UHGV virus genome: UHGV-1359164
Reading direction: 5' to 3' (one strand)
Length of the DNA stretch: 41,765 bases
DNA from: a virus
Shown here: positions 9,480 to 19,196 of the stretch, piece after piece
Position numbering within the stretch: the stretch's first letter is position 1
How the letters are laid out: the number at the start of each line of letters is the position of its first letter
The notes under the pieces: model-generated
Database searches by the model: none
Seen by the model: the letters and a program-made list of their open reading frames with translations, nothing else
What the model was told of the DNA's origin: nothing
Program-made: the position numbers and the translations under genes

Positions 9480-10040
9480 TTACAGCCATTTTTCAAGGTT
9501 CTCAATCTCTTTTTTCTGTTCTTCGCTCTGCACAGTTGGGAGTTTTACCAGATCGCTGTTTTCCCGCTCAAACTCTCTTTCCCATTTTTCCAGCTTTTTA
9601 TGCTTAGCTTTTTTTTGACGTATGGACAGTACTTGTGAAAAAAGTCCGTCCTCAACCTCCATAAAAAAGCCCAGGAACGTCCACCAGTGTATGTATTTTT
9701 CAGCGCGCAATTCTTTTCCAGCCACTTTATTAACCGCTGGCATGATCATAGCCGCATCATACTGCCAGTCAATAAGCTTTTTCTGTGGCTTTTTCTTGTC
9801 CGAGTCTATTCCGCCATCAATAAAGGCAACGGCTTTTTTGCACGCTTCTTCGTAGCAGTGCACTGGGATTTTATCCGCGTCTATATACAAGATCTGGTAC
9901 ATAACTTCTTGCTTTTCATAGTCGCTTAAGTCTGGATCCGCACAGGCAATGAGGATATCCAGTACGGCGCGAAAATCCGACTGGATATCATACTCAATGC
10001 CATCGATATTTAGCGATTTCGGGAGATTATAACCTATCAT
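9480..10040 (-). CDS. Tail assembly chaperone (Gp15-family-like)
   Basis: Position between major tail protein and TMP; acidic; ATGA overlap with upstream gene. Confidence 0.55.
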   Translation of the reverse strand: MIGYNLPKSLNIDGIEYDIQSDFRAVLDILIACADPDLSDYEKQEVMYQILYIDADKIPVHCYEEACKKAVAFIDGGIDSDKKKPQKKLIDWQYDAAMIMPAVNKVAGKELRAEKYIHWWTFLGFFMEVEDGLFSQVLSIRQKKAKHKKLEKWEREFERENSDLVKLPTVQSEEQKKEIENLEKWL

Positions 10041-10444
10041 TTTTTATACTTCTCTGTGTACTTCTTCACCTTTGCGCTGGTTTTACGGATTCGCACATCC
10101 AGTTCTTTTTCAATAAATGATGCCAGTACATTCATGACATACTCACATAAGAGAGTACCGTCTGGGCGTGGTGTGAAAGGATTTACACCTGCAAAAAGAT
10201 CCGCTGCAGCATGAGTATTTAGCAGATTATCAAACAGCTCTGATACCTTATCGGATGCCGCATACAATTTGCCTATGTCATCCCCTTCCGGAAGCTGAAT
10301 ATTTTCAAATTCTGCCGCAACCTTTTCATATCTTCTTACAATGTCCAAATCCGCAGGGTTCCAGTAAAATCCGCCTGTCACATTTCCTTTGCTGTCAACA
10401 ATATCGATCCACTCCAGGTTATCCAGTACCAACTGCTTTCCCAT
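10037..10444 (-). CDS. Tail assembly chaperone (gpG-like)
   Basis: Position and size; overlaps the next gene by 4 nt. Confidence 0.5.
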   Translation of the reverse strand: MGKQLVLDNLEWIDIVDSKGNVTGGFYWNPADLDIVRRYEKVAAEFENIQLPEGDDIGKLYAASDKVSELFDNLLNTHAAADLFAGVNPFTPRPDGTLLCEYVMNVLASFIEKELDVRIRKTSAKVKKYTEKYKK

Positions 10445-10455
10445 TTAAATCTCCT

Positions 10456-10953
10456 TTAACCTAAATCTGATGGTGTGAATGTTTTCTTGCTTACATCCCA
10501 TGTACCTTTAACCCTGTTTCCAGCTTTGTACACAGTAAATGGAGTCTGTATGCCGGATGTATCGCCGCCTACACTGTTCGGGATTAAGTAAACATCTTCT
10601 CTATAAGCCCATACTGCAGTAGGTGCAGCATCCTCGGTTAATCCTGGCTTTAACAGCACATCAACCATAGTGGTCTTGCACTTATCGCCTGTGGCTCTTG
10701 TATTGGCCAGATCCATGATCTTGTTGCTGAGCGTATCGTCATATTCTTCGTAGTAAAAAGGATCTACATCTGACTGTACTTCATAGCCTGAATGCTGCAC
10801 TGACTGTTCGCCTAAGATGTTTTTTGTAATCTCAACATCAGGGTTCAGCTCTTCATTGTACTCTTCCAGGTTTTTTCCGATTCTTACATAAGTCGGAGTT
10901 GATGTGCTAAAAGCTGCGTCAATGTAATGCGCCAAGTACTTACGTTCAATCAT
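10456..10953 (-). CDS. Major tail protein
   Basis: 165 aa, immediately upstream of chaperone pair and TMP. Confidence 0.6.
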   Translation of the reverse strand: MIERKYLAHYIDAAFSTSTPTYVRIGKNLEEYNEELNPDVEITKNILGEQSVQHSGYEVQSDVDPFYYEEYDDTLSNKIMDLANTRATGDKCKTTMVDVLLKPGLTEDAAPTAVWAYREDVYLIPNSVGGDTSGIQTPFTVYKAGNRVKGTWDVSKKTFTPSDLG

Positions 10954-10974
10954 GTTATCATTTCCTTTCTATGG

Positions 10975-11472
10975 TTAAAATTCTATGTCATTTGTATACT
11001 GCACTGTTACTGGCAGTACCCAATCTTGTACTGAGTTTTCATTTGGCTCCAGGCCGTATGAGTTATCACGGGTAATTCGTTTTATAATCCGGCCTTCTGA
11101 CAATGCTGGGAAAGTCGTGAGACGCGTTTGAGCGCCATCTAGTACTACCGGTTCATGGCACAGCCACTTCCCAAGGGTGTCAAGGAACTCTTGCGCGCTA
11201 AGCTTCAGCCTCTCTTTGTTTGATGCCGTCCGGTACACAACATAAAAAGGGTACTGGCACTTTTGATGTCTTCCACCGCATACGTCTTCAGTTTCGGCAT
11301 ACACCAGCGCACCGTTATCAGCCGAAAATGCTATTCCAGAGTCTTTGGCAAGCTCTTCAAATTTAATGACAGTGCCGTTCTTAAGACCCGGATACTGATT
11401 TAAAAGTGCTTTAACGGCACGTGTCAAAATCTCATATCCGCTGGCATCAATGCCAATTGGCTTACTATCCAT
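10975..11472 (-). CDS. Neck / tail-completion protein
   Basis: Synteny between connector genes and major tail protein. Confidence 0.4.
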   Translation of the reverse strand: MDSKPIGIDASGYEILTRAVKALLNQYPGLKNGTVIKFEELAKDSGIAFSADNGALVYAETEDVCGGRHQKCQYPFYVVYRTASNKERLKLSAQEFLDTLGKWLCHEPVVLDGAQTRLTTFPALSEGRIIKRITRDNSYGLEPNENSVQDWVLPVTVQYTNDIEF

Positions 11473-11956
11473 GTTTTCCTCCTCCAGCTATGCGTTTAAC
11501 GTCTTTGATCCATGTTTTTTGGTCCGCTTCTTTTGCAGCATCAAACCAGTGGTCTTGCGCTTTCGGATGAGCCTGATGCGTGTAAGATATGTTTTCCCGC
11601 GCATTTGTCTTTCCGGTGTACTCACTTACAAGTACCTTGCGCGCTCCACGCCTCGCCCAAGGTGATCCAGTCTTTTCGTCCACCATGACTTTACCCTCGT
11701 ACAGGTATCTGCCTTGTGGGCCATAAGCAGCAAATACTTTTCCAGTTCCCTGTTCCGCAGCACTGGCGGCTCTGGTTGCGTTTATAAAGCTGCCAGTAAT
11801 CATTGGCATAAAGGGTACCATGCTGTTCATGACAGCGCCGTCAAGATGGTATTGTGCCCGCCTGTATTGCACTTCAAAACGGTCATATCCTATCTTCATA
11901 TGTACATCCCCATCAACAATGGAAAACCCCTTAAAATGTCGTGTCTTTGCGCTCAT
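11465..11956 (-). CDS. Head-tail joining (minor capsid-type) protein
   Basis: Synteny. Confidence 0.4.
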   Translation of the reverse strand: MSAKTRHFKGFSIVDGDVHMKIGYDRFEVQYRRAQYHLDGAVMNSMVPFMPMITGSFINATRAASAAEQGTGKVFAAYGPQGRYLYEGKVMVDEKTGSPWARRGARKVLVSEYTGKTNARENISYTHQAHPKAQDHWFDAAKEADQKTWIKDVKRIAGGGKHG

Positions 11957-12460
11957 TTACTTACCTGTGATCTCAAAATGTGGAATAACAGTATACGGGC
12001 CACCTACACTGCTGACCTTATAAACATTATCCCTTTGGCTGTTCATGTACTGGTAAAATCCGTCAAGGTAATCATCATCCGTTACCGTTCCGCCCGTCCA
12101 TTCTCCAAGCCAAAAAAAGTCATCTGGCCCAAATGTTAGGAGCTCTGGCAGGTCATCATTGACTTGTCTACTCCACTCTTTTGGTGCTAACCATAGCATA
12201 AAGCTGTCACCGCTTTGCCGTACCATCACATTGTCACCGTCCGGAATGTAAGATATATGCAGCACAGCATTGTCAGAGCTGTCGGGACCGTATTTTTTTA
12301 AGATAGCGCCATGATCCGTTATCAGATCAACGCCAGGAAGGACATGCGGATACCAGTACACCTTGCCGGTTGTCGAGGATTCATAGTAGTTAAAGACCGT
12401 CACTGTTTTGTCATACATAATATTTACCACCCTGATATAACGTTTCGTACTCTGTTCCAT
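11957..12460 (-). CDS. Head closure / minor capsid-type protein
   Basis: Synteny. Confidence 0.4.
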   Translation of the reverse strand: MEQSTKRYIRVVNIMYDKTVTVFNYYESSTTGKVYWYPHVLPGVDLITDHGAILKKYGPDSSDNAVLHISYIPDGDNVMVRQSGDSFMLWLAPKEWSRQVNDDLPELLTFGPDDFFWLGEWTGGTVTDDDYLDGFYQYMNSQRDNVYKVSSVGGPYTVIPHFEITGK

Positions 12461-12508
12461 ACGGCTTTCCCTTATCGCTCATACCACTTGCTGATCCGCG
12501 GCCACCCA

Positions 12509-12778
12509 TTACTTATTTATGCTCTGCTTATATACCTGGTTCACTCCTGTGGCTGCCAGTCCATTGAACATTCCCACAGAAATCGCTGTAATGTAGTCCG
12601 ATGCCGGGAAATCTGGAATAATTCCCATTCCGACTGCTCCGAGAATTCCGCCAATAACTGCCATGATTACCGGAATCCATTCATCAGAGATTTTTTTTGA
12701 CGCTTTACAGCCCATTCCTATGATGTAGCAGATCATAACGATTGCTATACACGAGCCTAATGTTGAAATGTCCATCAT
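12509..12778 (-). CDS. Holin-like small membrane protein (two TM helices plus charged C-terminal tail)
   Basis: 'LGSCIAIVMICYIIGMGC' and 'WIPVIMAVIGGILGAVGMGII' helices then '...GVNQVYKQSINK'; inside an AT-rich insert in the neck module. Confidence 0.45.
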   Translation of the reverse strand: MMDISTLGSCIAIVMICYIIGMGCKASKKISDEWIPVIMAVIGGILGAVGMGIIPDFPASDYITAISVGMFNGLAATGVNQVYKQSINK

Positions 12779-13071
12779 TCAGATACCTCCTCATAAGTTT
12801 TTTCAAAAATATCTGGTTTGCACGGATATAATTCTCCGTTTACACCCTGGATAACATAATCGCCAATAGATACATGATGATTGCCTTCCAGAGTTTTGAT
12901 ATACAATTCTGGAGTATCAGATGGTTTCGCCCTTGGAATGATATAATACATTGTTCCTTCTTTAAAGGCTTTTACTGCCCAGTCCGGCACATAATACTTA
13001 CCGTCCCTATCTTTCAAATCGCCATCATACTGAAATGCTTCAATTACAACTGGTTTCTTTCTAAATTTCAT
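12775..13071 (-). CDS. Conserved phage protein, paralogue of the N-terminal half of 29952..30533
   Basis: 'KKPVVIEAFQYDGDLKD.DG.YVP.WAV.A...G.MYY....EL.I.TLEG.HHVSIGDYVIQGVNGELYPCKPDIFEKTYE' shared with 29952..30533; roughly 75-80% nucleotide identity by eye. Confidence 0.6.
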   Translation of the reverse strand: MKFRKKPVVIEAFQYDGDLKDRDGKYYVPDWAVKAFKEGTMYYIIPRAKPSDTPELYIKTLEGNHHVSIGDYVIQGVNGELYPCKPDIFEKTYEEVSE

Positions 13072-13088
13072 TGATATACCTCACGCAA

Positions 13089-13463
13089 TTACATCAAATC
13101 ATATTCGTTGAACACTTTAAAAATCTTCGGTGACTGAATAGCAAACCAGTCGACCATTTCTTCATTCACAGCCCAACTGTCAGCACTGTTTGAATTGGAA
13201 TCAAGTCCAGATTCGAGCAGAAATGCATGAATGATTTCGTGTCTAACAACCTGCTTCTGATAGCCTTCAAGGTCTGCCTTTGCTCCAATCTGTCCCTGCG
13301 ATGCCTCCATATCATCAACCACAATTTCCCGTGCTGATAAATCAATATAGCCATCTGCATTTGTCAGATTCGGATATTCTTTCTCGTTCCCGAACTTCAT
13401 GCTCCATTCAGAGCCTAAGATATTAACCTTGAAATCCTGCATATAAAATCGGTATCCCTTCAT
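13089..13463 (-). CDS. Small HEXXH (zinc-metallopeptidase-motif) protein
   Basis: 'VVRHEIIHAFLLESGL'. Confidence 0.45.
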   Translation of the reverse strand: MKGYRFYMQDFKVNILGSEWSMKFGNEKEYPNLTNADGYIDLSAREIVVDDMEASQGQIGAKADLEGYQKQVVRHEIIHAFLLESGLDSNSNSADSWAVNEEMVDWFAIQSPKIFKVFNEYDLM

Positions 13464-13923
13464 CCGTCCTTACTCCCATCAGAAGCGGTAAAGCTATCTT
13501 TAAGAGTAAGTCGTTCGTTTTTTGTGCATCTCCGGCGGCGGCATATACTGCGCTCCATTCTTTAGCACTTGCCCCCATTTGCTGAGGAGTGGCGTAAGAT
13601 TTAGACTCACTACCAGACGATACAGATGTAACTATTCCAGTAGCGGTACCTCCGCCAGGGATAGAAATTGATGTGCCGATTGCGGCTGATAGTGCATTTT
13701 TGTCAGCTATATCAATCTGATACAGTGCTTCTGCAACAGCACAGATCGCCTTTTTTATACGTTTCTGCTGCCGATCATCGGACGGTAATCCATCTGCCAT
13801 CCGGTCAAATGTCAAGCCGTCAATAAAGTCACTTGCCCTCTCAGACATCCTCATAAAATCAGATTCCGGCACGACATTGCCGAAAAATGATTTTTGGTAA
13901 AACTCATAATCTACATATGCCAT
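13423..13923 (-). CDS. Head-tail connector (gp6-like) protein
   Basis: Directly downstream of major capsid gene; N-terminus 'YVDYEFYQKSFFGN...ESDF'. Confidence 0.55.
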   Translation of the reverse strand: MAYVDYEFYQKSFFGNVVPESDFMRMSERASDFIDGLTFDRMADGLPSDDRQQKRIKKAICAVAEALYQIDIADKNALSAAIGTSISIPGGGTATGIVTSVSSGSESKSYATPQQMGASAKEWSAVYAAAGDAQKTNDLLLKIALPLLMGVRTDEGIPILYAGFQG

Positions 13924-13938
13924 GCCGAAACCTCCTCA

Positions 13939-15105
13939 TTACTGTGCGGTTACAGTCGTATGACCTGCGCTCAGCGCTTTATATGTGCTGTCGCACTCAA
14001 CTACAGTGATCACCTGGCCGTTGGCCGCTGTGATATCGCTCTTGCCGTCCCATGCGCTCCAGTTTTTCACATTCTGTCCATACTCTACAGTGGTCTCAGA
14101 AGATGCCACTTTGTACTTATAGACGTTACCAGCGTTGCCCTTTTCCGGATTAACAGTAATCTTTGTGGTACCGCTGGATGATCCAGCTGTAGACTGTACA
14201 GTCAGATCGCCAAGAGTCTGAGATGCCCCAAATGTAATCACAGAAATAGCATCCAGATACTCAGCAAACAGCACCATACCCATGATTGCGAATGCCTCAG
14301 ATACAGCAGTGCTGTAGTTGCCCTGAGTATGGAAGCCGATCAGATTGGTTTCGCCGGACACTGTATAGGAGAGCCCAGCACGTGCAAAGTCTGAATCGCT
14401 CGGATCAACATAGTAAAGAACAATGTTGTCTACCGGTGTAGCGATTACCTTGCCACGCGGGATATCGCTGTCGGACAGCAGGAACACAGTATTAAATCCC
14501 ATAAAATCTTTCATATACTGGAATCCGAACTGGTTCTGAATAGTGATATTTGCAGCGCCAAGATACTCATATACATCAAGGATGTTTACAAAGCCTGCAA
14601 TACCATTCGGAATGGAACGATGCATGTTTTTGAATTTATCCTCAACGCGGCCTTTTGCCATAGCAAGAGCCATCTGGAAAGTGTTCTCGGTAGAGGTAAG
14701 GGTACCGGTCTTAAGATAGGTGTAAAATCTTCCGGTTACATCCGTCTGGAGCTGGAAGAGGAACTCTTCATCTGTCATCTCCACAGCCACATCGTAGCCA
14801 TAAGTCTTGATTGCCTCGATGGATACAGCCTTTGCGTACTTCTCCACATCCATTTCAGCATACTCTTTTTCTTTTACCTCGAATTTGGAGTACGGAATTT
14901 CCTCTCCCTCTGCGACCTTACCGCTCTGTAAAGTTCCGGTTGCATATTTGGATTTCAGAGTTGATCCCGGCTCTTTTTTTATCATTCTCAGCACACCAAG
15001 AATTTCGGATAAGTGCTCCCAGTTGCGTTCAAATCTGGTTACAAAATCTACCTCTCTCGCGCGTACCTGAATGTTTTCTGTTTTTATAAGATTTGCTTTT
15101 GCCAT
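13939..15105 (-). CDS. Major capsid protein with C-terminal Ig-like domain
   Basis: Likely start is 'MAKANLIK' (internal ATG of the ORF); ~390 aa after scaffold; C-terminal beta-rich '...TKITVNPEKGNAG...VECDSTYKALSAGHTTVTAQ'. Confidence 0.75.
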   Translation of the reverse strand: MAKANLIKTENIQVRAREVDFVTRFERNWEHLSEILGVLRMIKKEPGSTLKSKYATGTLQSGKVAEGEEIPYSKFEVKEKEYAEMDVEKYAKAVSIEAIKTYGYDVAVEMTDEEFLFQLQTDVTGRFYTYLKTGTLTSTENTFQMALAMAKGRVEDKFKNMHRSIPNGIAGFVNILDVYEYLGAANITIQNQFGFQYMKDFMGFNTVFLLSDSDIPRGKVIATPVDNIVLYYVDPSDSDFARAGLSYTVSGETNLIGFHTQGNYSTAVSEAFAIMGMVLFAEYLDAISVITFGASQTLGDLTVQSTAGSSSGTTKITVNPEKGNAGNVYKYKVASSETTVEYGQNVKNWSAWDGKSDITAANGQVITVVECDSTYKALSAGHTTVTAQ

Positions 15106-15166
15106 AAAAGTTAAGCCCTTTCTGCCCGTAATTTGGGCGCCAGTCAAATCACTGGATTAACAACGA

Positions 15167-15802
15167 TCACTCAAACAGTGACATGTTGCTTGCAATTGCA
15201 GCCTGTCGTTCGCTTGTATCTTTGATGTCCATGATTTCTTTTTTGGTCATCTTTCCACCCGGATGATTATTGCGGGTTATCCCTGTTGTAAATCTCGCCT
15301 GGTTCTGCATAGCGGTCTGCTGATCTTCATCAACAAATGCAGACGCATCGTCTTTTTTCATCTGATCCAGCAGATCATTAAGCCCCAGTATCCTTCCATC
15401 CTTAAGCTTAAGACCGGCGTCTTTGATGTCTGCCATAACAGCCTTTTTAGCAGACTCGGAAGAGAATTTAACATCTTCCAGTGCAGATTTAAGAGCATCA
15501 GCAAAATCTCTTTCATAAATTTTATTGTTAAAATTTTTCTCTGCATCTGCTGCTTTTTGCTTCCATGTGTCGACCTCTGCCTTGACGTTCTCTGGATCAA
15601 TGCCATCAAAGCTTTTGAGTGTAGCTTCTGCTGTCTCTGCCCGTTCCTTCCAACTGTCACGCTCACTTTCGACCTTTGACAGTGTTTTAGAAACTTCTCC
15701 GGCATTCTTGTAATGCTCAGACAATGCTTTTTTTACATCTGCCTTCTTATCTTCCGGGATGTCAATACCAAATGATTTGAGTGTTTCAATAAGTTTCTGC
15801 AT
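15167..15802 (-). CDS. Scaffolding protein
   Basis: Acidic, K/E/D-rich helical, precedes major capsid. Confidence 0.7.
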   Translation of the reverse strand: MQKLIETLKSFGIDIPEDKKADVKKALSEHYKNAGEVSKTLSKVESERDSWKERAETAEATLKSFDGIDPENVKAEVDTWKQKAADAEKNFNNKIYERDFADALKSALEDVKFSSESAKKAVMADIKDAGLKLKDGRILGLNDLLDQMKKDDASAFVDEDQQTAMQNQARFTTGITRNNHPGGKMTKKEIMDIKDTSERQAAIASNMSLFE

Positions 15803-15878
15803 ATCATCCTCCTGGCCGTGTTTATTGACCTGCCGCCGCAGGTAATGGATTAAGCCCGATAGACCACGGGCGGGGTAA

Positions 15879-15950
15879 CTCCGGCAGCCGGATTCGAACC
15901 AGCGCTATGAGAGTCAAAGTCTCATGCCTTAACCGCTTGGCAATGCCGAA
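15879..15950 (-). tRNA. tRNA-Gln (anticodon TTG)
   Basis: Hand fold: acceptor TTCGGCA/TGCCGGA, anticodon stem TGAGA/TCTCA with loop CTTTGAC, T-arm GCTGG-TTCGAAT-CCGGC; no encoded CCA. Confidence 0.7.
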
Positions 15951-16022
15951 AGCTGATAGCCGGACTTGAACCGACAACATATTGATTACAAGTCAATTGT
16001 TCTTCCATTGAACTATACCAGC
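15951..16022 (-). tRNA. tRNA-Thr (anticodon TGT)
   Basis: Acceptor GCTGGTA/TATCAGC, anticodon loop CTTGTAA, T-loop TTCAAGT. Confidence 0.7.
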
Positions 16023-16026
16023 AAAA

Positions 16027-16100
16027 TGGACCGCCAGGGACTTGAACCCCGGACCACCCGGTTATGAGCCGGGCGCTCTGACCAGCTGAGCTAGCGGTCC
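16027..16100 (-). tRNA. tRNA with CAT anticodon (elongator Met or Ile-lysidine; G1-C72 pair argues against initiator)
   Basis: Acceptor GGACCGC/GCGGTCC, D-arm TAGCTCAGCTGGTCAGAGCG, anticodon loop CTCATAA, T-arm CCGGG-GTTCAAG-TCCCTG. Confidence 0.75.
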
Positions 16101-16102
16101 TA

Positions 16103-16133
16103 AAATGCCTGGCATGATTACATACCAGGCATT
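16103..16133. terminator. 9-bp-stem hairpin 'aatgcctgg...ccaggcatt' followed by TTTTA on the minus strand
   Basis: Perfect inverted repeat between 16428..16970 and the tRNA trio. Confidence 0.5.
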
Positions 16134-16427
16134 TACAAGGGGAAAAGAAAAACTCTGCTTATAGCAGCGGAATCCTCGCTGCGGTCGTAAGCCGCATTAA
16201 CAGCCTATCAGCTACGAGGTGAAAGGAGGAAATTCAAGGCCAGTCAAAGCACTTGAATTTTGATCTGGCAAGCGCACGCCGGAAATTTCATCCGCTTTTC
16301 AACCTCCAGGAATGGCCTGTTTATATTAAGGACGTGCGCGGGAGGTGTGTGATAAAACCATGAAAAGTAACCAATCCTCTTCACATCTACATTCTACCAT
16401 TTATCTATAAGTACCTTGTCCACACAT

Positions 16428-16970
16428 CTACAGCATATCTCTAAGCTTATCCACATAGCGCTTCACAAGATCGCGTTCTTCGCGGCATTCTGCGTCCTTT
16501 GACATATCACCGATTTCTGCCGTAAGCCCATCCAAGTGTTCCTCTAATGCGGCCAGCATTTTACGCTTACAGTCCTCTGATTTGCCGGATCGATAGCTCT
16601 GCTTTTGCGTCATGTAATCATCATAAGCATCTCGACCATCGCTCCGGCTGTAATGTCCACGCACATAATGCTCACCACGGCGCATATAGGATGATCCGCG
16701 GTCATAATCTGGCATTCGGCCATCAGAAGCGCTATAACGCCCCATGTTATCACGTCCGCGGCGCTCGCTGTAGTCACCTACACGCATCTGTTCCAAAACG
16801 GTCATATAATACTCGCCCTTTTTATCCCAATACTCTGTGTTTTTAATGTCTTTATACATATCAATCAGCTTAAAAGCCGTGTCCAGATTGCCGGAGGTGA
16901 GGCCTTTTTCAGCAATGTTAGATATCTCATCTTCAATACGTGCACATAAATCTTTAATATCTCTCATCAT
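16428..16970 (-). CDS. Hypothetical protein: helical N- and C-terminal segments flanking an R/G/S/Y/D-rich low-complexity core
   Basis: RBS 'GGAGGTGGG' then ATG; composition only. Confidence 0.5.
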   Translation of the reverse strand: MMRDIKDLCARIEDEISNIAEKGLTSGNLDTAFKLIDMYKDIKNTEYWDKKGEYYMTVLEQMRVGDYSERRGRDNMGRYSASDGRMPDYDRGSSYMRRGEHYVRGHYSRSDGRDAYDDYMTQKQSYRSGKSEDCKRKMLAALEEHLDGLTAEIGDMSKDAECREERDLVKRYVDKLRDML

Positions 16971-16979
16971 CCCACCTCC

Positions 16980-17403
16980 TTATGCTACCCGTGTTACCAC
17001 AAGATTTGCATTTGCTACGGTGATAGCCTGGGTACTGGTATTCTCTACCGCAACATTAAAGCAGCATCCGCGCGGCACATCAATAAAGATTCCGGCAGAT
17101 ACGTTGTTAAACGCTTCTACCGCGGTCGGTGTGGAAATCATCTGGGACGATAAGACAGGCTCACCGCCGATTGCAATAGCAAGAGAAATTGCTTCCGCTG
17201 TTCCTCCAGTCGGCACTGCGATATTCGCAGAAAAGCTAACAAAATAGCGGGCCTTGCACTGATTAGTCATTCCTCTGAGGGTAACAATGCCGCTGCCTTC
17301 CCGGTGCTGCACGCATGCGGTTCCTTTTACAGCGGTGTTGGTATACACCACGTTTCCGTTTGCTGCCACTTCCTGAGCGGCAACAGCTAAATATTCAGCC
17401 ATA
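16980..17403 (-). CDS. Hypothetical beta-rich Ala/Val/Thr-rich protein with CC pair (possible spore-appendage / exosporium-like jellyroll)
   Basis: Start 'MAEYLAVAAQEV' after AGGAGA; C-terminal '...RGCCFNVAVENTSTQAITVANANLVVTRVA' resembles Bacillus Ena/BxpB-type proteins (recollection only). Confidence 0.45.
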
Positions 17404-17539
17404 TTGTTTTCTCCTTTTTCATATCGCAAAAAGGCAGGTCTAAGCCTGCCGATTTGCGTAATACCGGCATTGCGCCGAACATCCAACCATATTGCCGATG
17501 TCAGGAATATGGTTGGAAGATACAGATATGATGTTGTTG

Positions 17540-18310
17540 TCAGCAGTTACAGCCCGTATTGCAGCCGTAATATACGTTCGGGTTCGGCACCTGGTATGCC
17601 GGAATCGGTGCCGGATTGATCGCATTAATGAGCTGCTGGGTCTGTGCTGCCATAGCGGTAGTAAGCAATGCACTCTGACGATCCTGAGATGCAGCACGTC
17701 TGAGATCATTGTTTTCAGCCTGGAGGGAAGAAATCTTCTCGTTGCACAGGTAGTCCAGAATAGCTCTGGTTCCTGCGTTCTGGCTGTCGATAATGTCTCT
17801 GGTGTTGTTGTTCATGGTGTTCTGGAGTGCACAGGTGTTCTGCGCCATGTTGTAATTTACGCCCTGGATTGCTTCCCGGGTCTCGCAGCAGCACTGAGCA
17901 AGCTGCGCCTGGAGTGCGTTAGTGTTCTGCATGTTGGCTACAGTGTCGGCGTTAATAGCCTGCTGGATGCCGAAGCCAGTCTGCATGACGTTTGTATTGA
18001 TGCCGTTGAATCCGGTAAGCATACCGTTATTCATGGCATAGAAGCCATCACACAGGCCGCTGGACAGGCCGTCCAGTTTGCTGATAACTGCCTGGTTGTC
18101 AAAGCCACGCTGGATTGCGGAATCGGTGTATGCGCTTCCGGCTGCTCCACCTCCGCCGTTTCCCCAGCCATTGCCACCCCATCCGCAGAAAGCGAAAATG
18201 AATAAAACGATGAGCCACCAGACACCGTCTCCGCCAAACATTCCATCATTGTTCCGGTTGTTGGTTCCGGTAGCCGCCGCAATGTCGGCTAAGCTGTAAG
18301 TTCCATCCAT
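17540..18310 (-). CDS. Hypothetical membrane protein: TM helix, Gly-rich tract, Q/N-rich region, C-terminal Cys cluster
   Basis: RBS AAGGAGA; 'VWWLIVLFIFAFCGWGGNGWGNGGGGAAG'; 'CCCETR'; C-terminal 'YYGCNTGCNC'. Confidence 0.5.
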   Translation of the reverse strand: MDGTYSLADIAAATGTNNRNNDGMFGGDGVWWLIVLFIFAFCGWGGNGWGNGGGGAAGSAYTDSAIQRGFDNQAVISKLDGLSSGLCDGFYAMNNGMLTGFNGINTNVMQTGFGIQQAINADTVANMQNTNALQAQLAQCCCETREAIQGVNYNMAQNTCALQNTMNNNTRDIIDSQNAGTRAILDYLCNEKISSLQAENNDLRRAASQDRQSALLTTAMAAQTQQLINAINPAPIPAYQVPNPNVYYGCNTGCNC

Positions 18311-18357
18311 ATTGATATCTCCTTTGATTTATTTACATTCCCGGCCAGGATAATGTA

Positions 18358-18579
18358 CTATTTCATGCCGCCCAGCATCCGTTGAAACTGCTGTGCCATC
18401 TGCTGAGCCTGATCAAGCTGCGCCTGTGATATTCTGCCAGACTGCAACATCTTTTGTACCTCAGCTTTTGGGTCTCCCTTAAAGTTTTGCTTAAACTGCG
18501 CAAACTGCTGCATCATCTGCATGGGGCCGTTGCCGCCCATCGGCATGCCGCCGAACATTTGGAATAATGGGTTACTCAT
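18358..18579 (-). CDS. Small Q/M-rich hypothetical protein
   Basis: 'MSNPLFQMFGGMPMGGNGPMQMMQQFAQFKQNF...'. Confidence 0.4.
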   Translation of the reverse strand: MSNPLFQMFGGMPMGGNGPMQMMQQFAQFKQNFKGDPKAEVQKMLQSGRISQAQLDQAQQMAQQFQRMLGGMK

Positions 18580-19036
18580 CTGCTGCCGCACCTCCCTTTG
18601 ATCTCCGGCTCTCTGGTTTGGCAGTAGAGCCGCCGCTTGCTGGAAACGAATTTATCTTGTCCAGAATCTCATTGTATTTGTCAAAAAGGTCCTGGTACTC
18701 TTTACGGGTAACATACATATCATTCATGGCAGCTTCCGGTTGTTTCTGTGGCATTCTGCCGTTTATTTCGTGATACTCAAATACGCGTAAAGGTTGCGGC
18801 ATGCCGGATACATCCGTTGACTTGATGTAAAACCGCTCCGCTTCGCTGTCCATCAGCAGTACGCATGATCCGGGCGCAACAAGGTAAGACTTTGCCCCAG
18901 TCTCTCCCTGCACCCAGAGTATTCCTTGGTTATTTGTCGGTGCCATCGGCTGCGGGACGGGCTGATATTGGTTCATCTGCGCCATACGATCCTGATACGG
19001 CTGGTATGGCTGATACATGTTCGGATATGCTGCCAT
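18572..19036 (-). CDS. Hypothetical protein with N-terminal (YQP)n repeats and conserved central domain
   Basis: RBS GGAGGA; 'MAAYPNMYQPYQPYQDRMAQMNQYQP'; central 'GILWVQGETGAKSYLVAPGSCVLLMD...FYIKSTD'. Confidence 0.5.
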   Translation of the reverse strand: MAAYPNMYQPYQPYQDRMAQMNQYQPVPQPMAPTNNQGILWVQGETGAKSYLVAPGSCVLLMDSEAERFYIKSTDVSGMPQPLRVFEYHEINGRMPQKQPEAAMNDMYVTRKEYQDLFDKYNEILDKINSFPASGGSTAKPESRRSKGGAAADE

Positions 19037-19196
19037 GTTCGATTTCCTCCAATTCTTCCAAAAAGATCAAAATATCGTGGTAATCGGTTTTTATAGGTAT
19101 CTCTACCTCATCGTCATCGGAAAACATCTTCTTCACGCTTATATTTTGGCATAAAAAATAAGCCCCTGACAGTTCGTCAAAGGCTCAATAAAGTAT

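Noticed and set aside
6778-9638. Multiple 60-110-aa plus-strand ORFs inside the tape-measure gene and neighbouring genes
   Set aside because: Antisense shadow ORFs of a long, confidently assigned minus-strand gene.
15263-15713. ORFs 15263..15679(+), 15358..15705(-), 15525..15713(+) inside the scaffold gene
   Set aside because: Overlap the scaffold CDS; no RBS; shadow frames.
16140-16430. Possible sigma-A promoter for the tRNA trio ('TGGACA'...'TAGAAT' on the minus strand near 16391-16422)
   Set aside because: Spacer counts as 20 nt, too long for a confident call.
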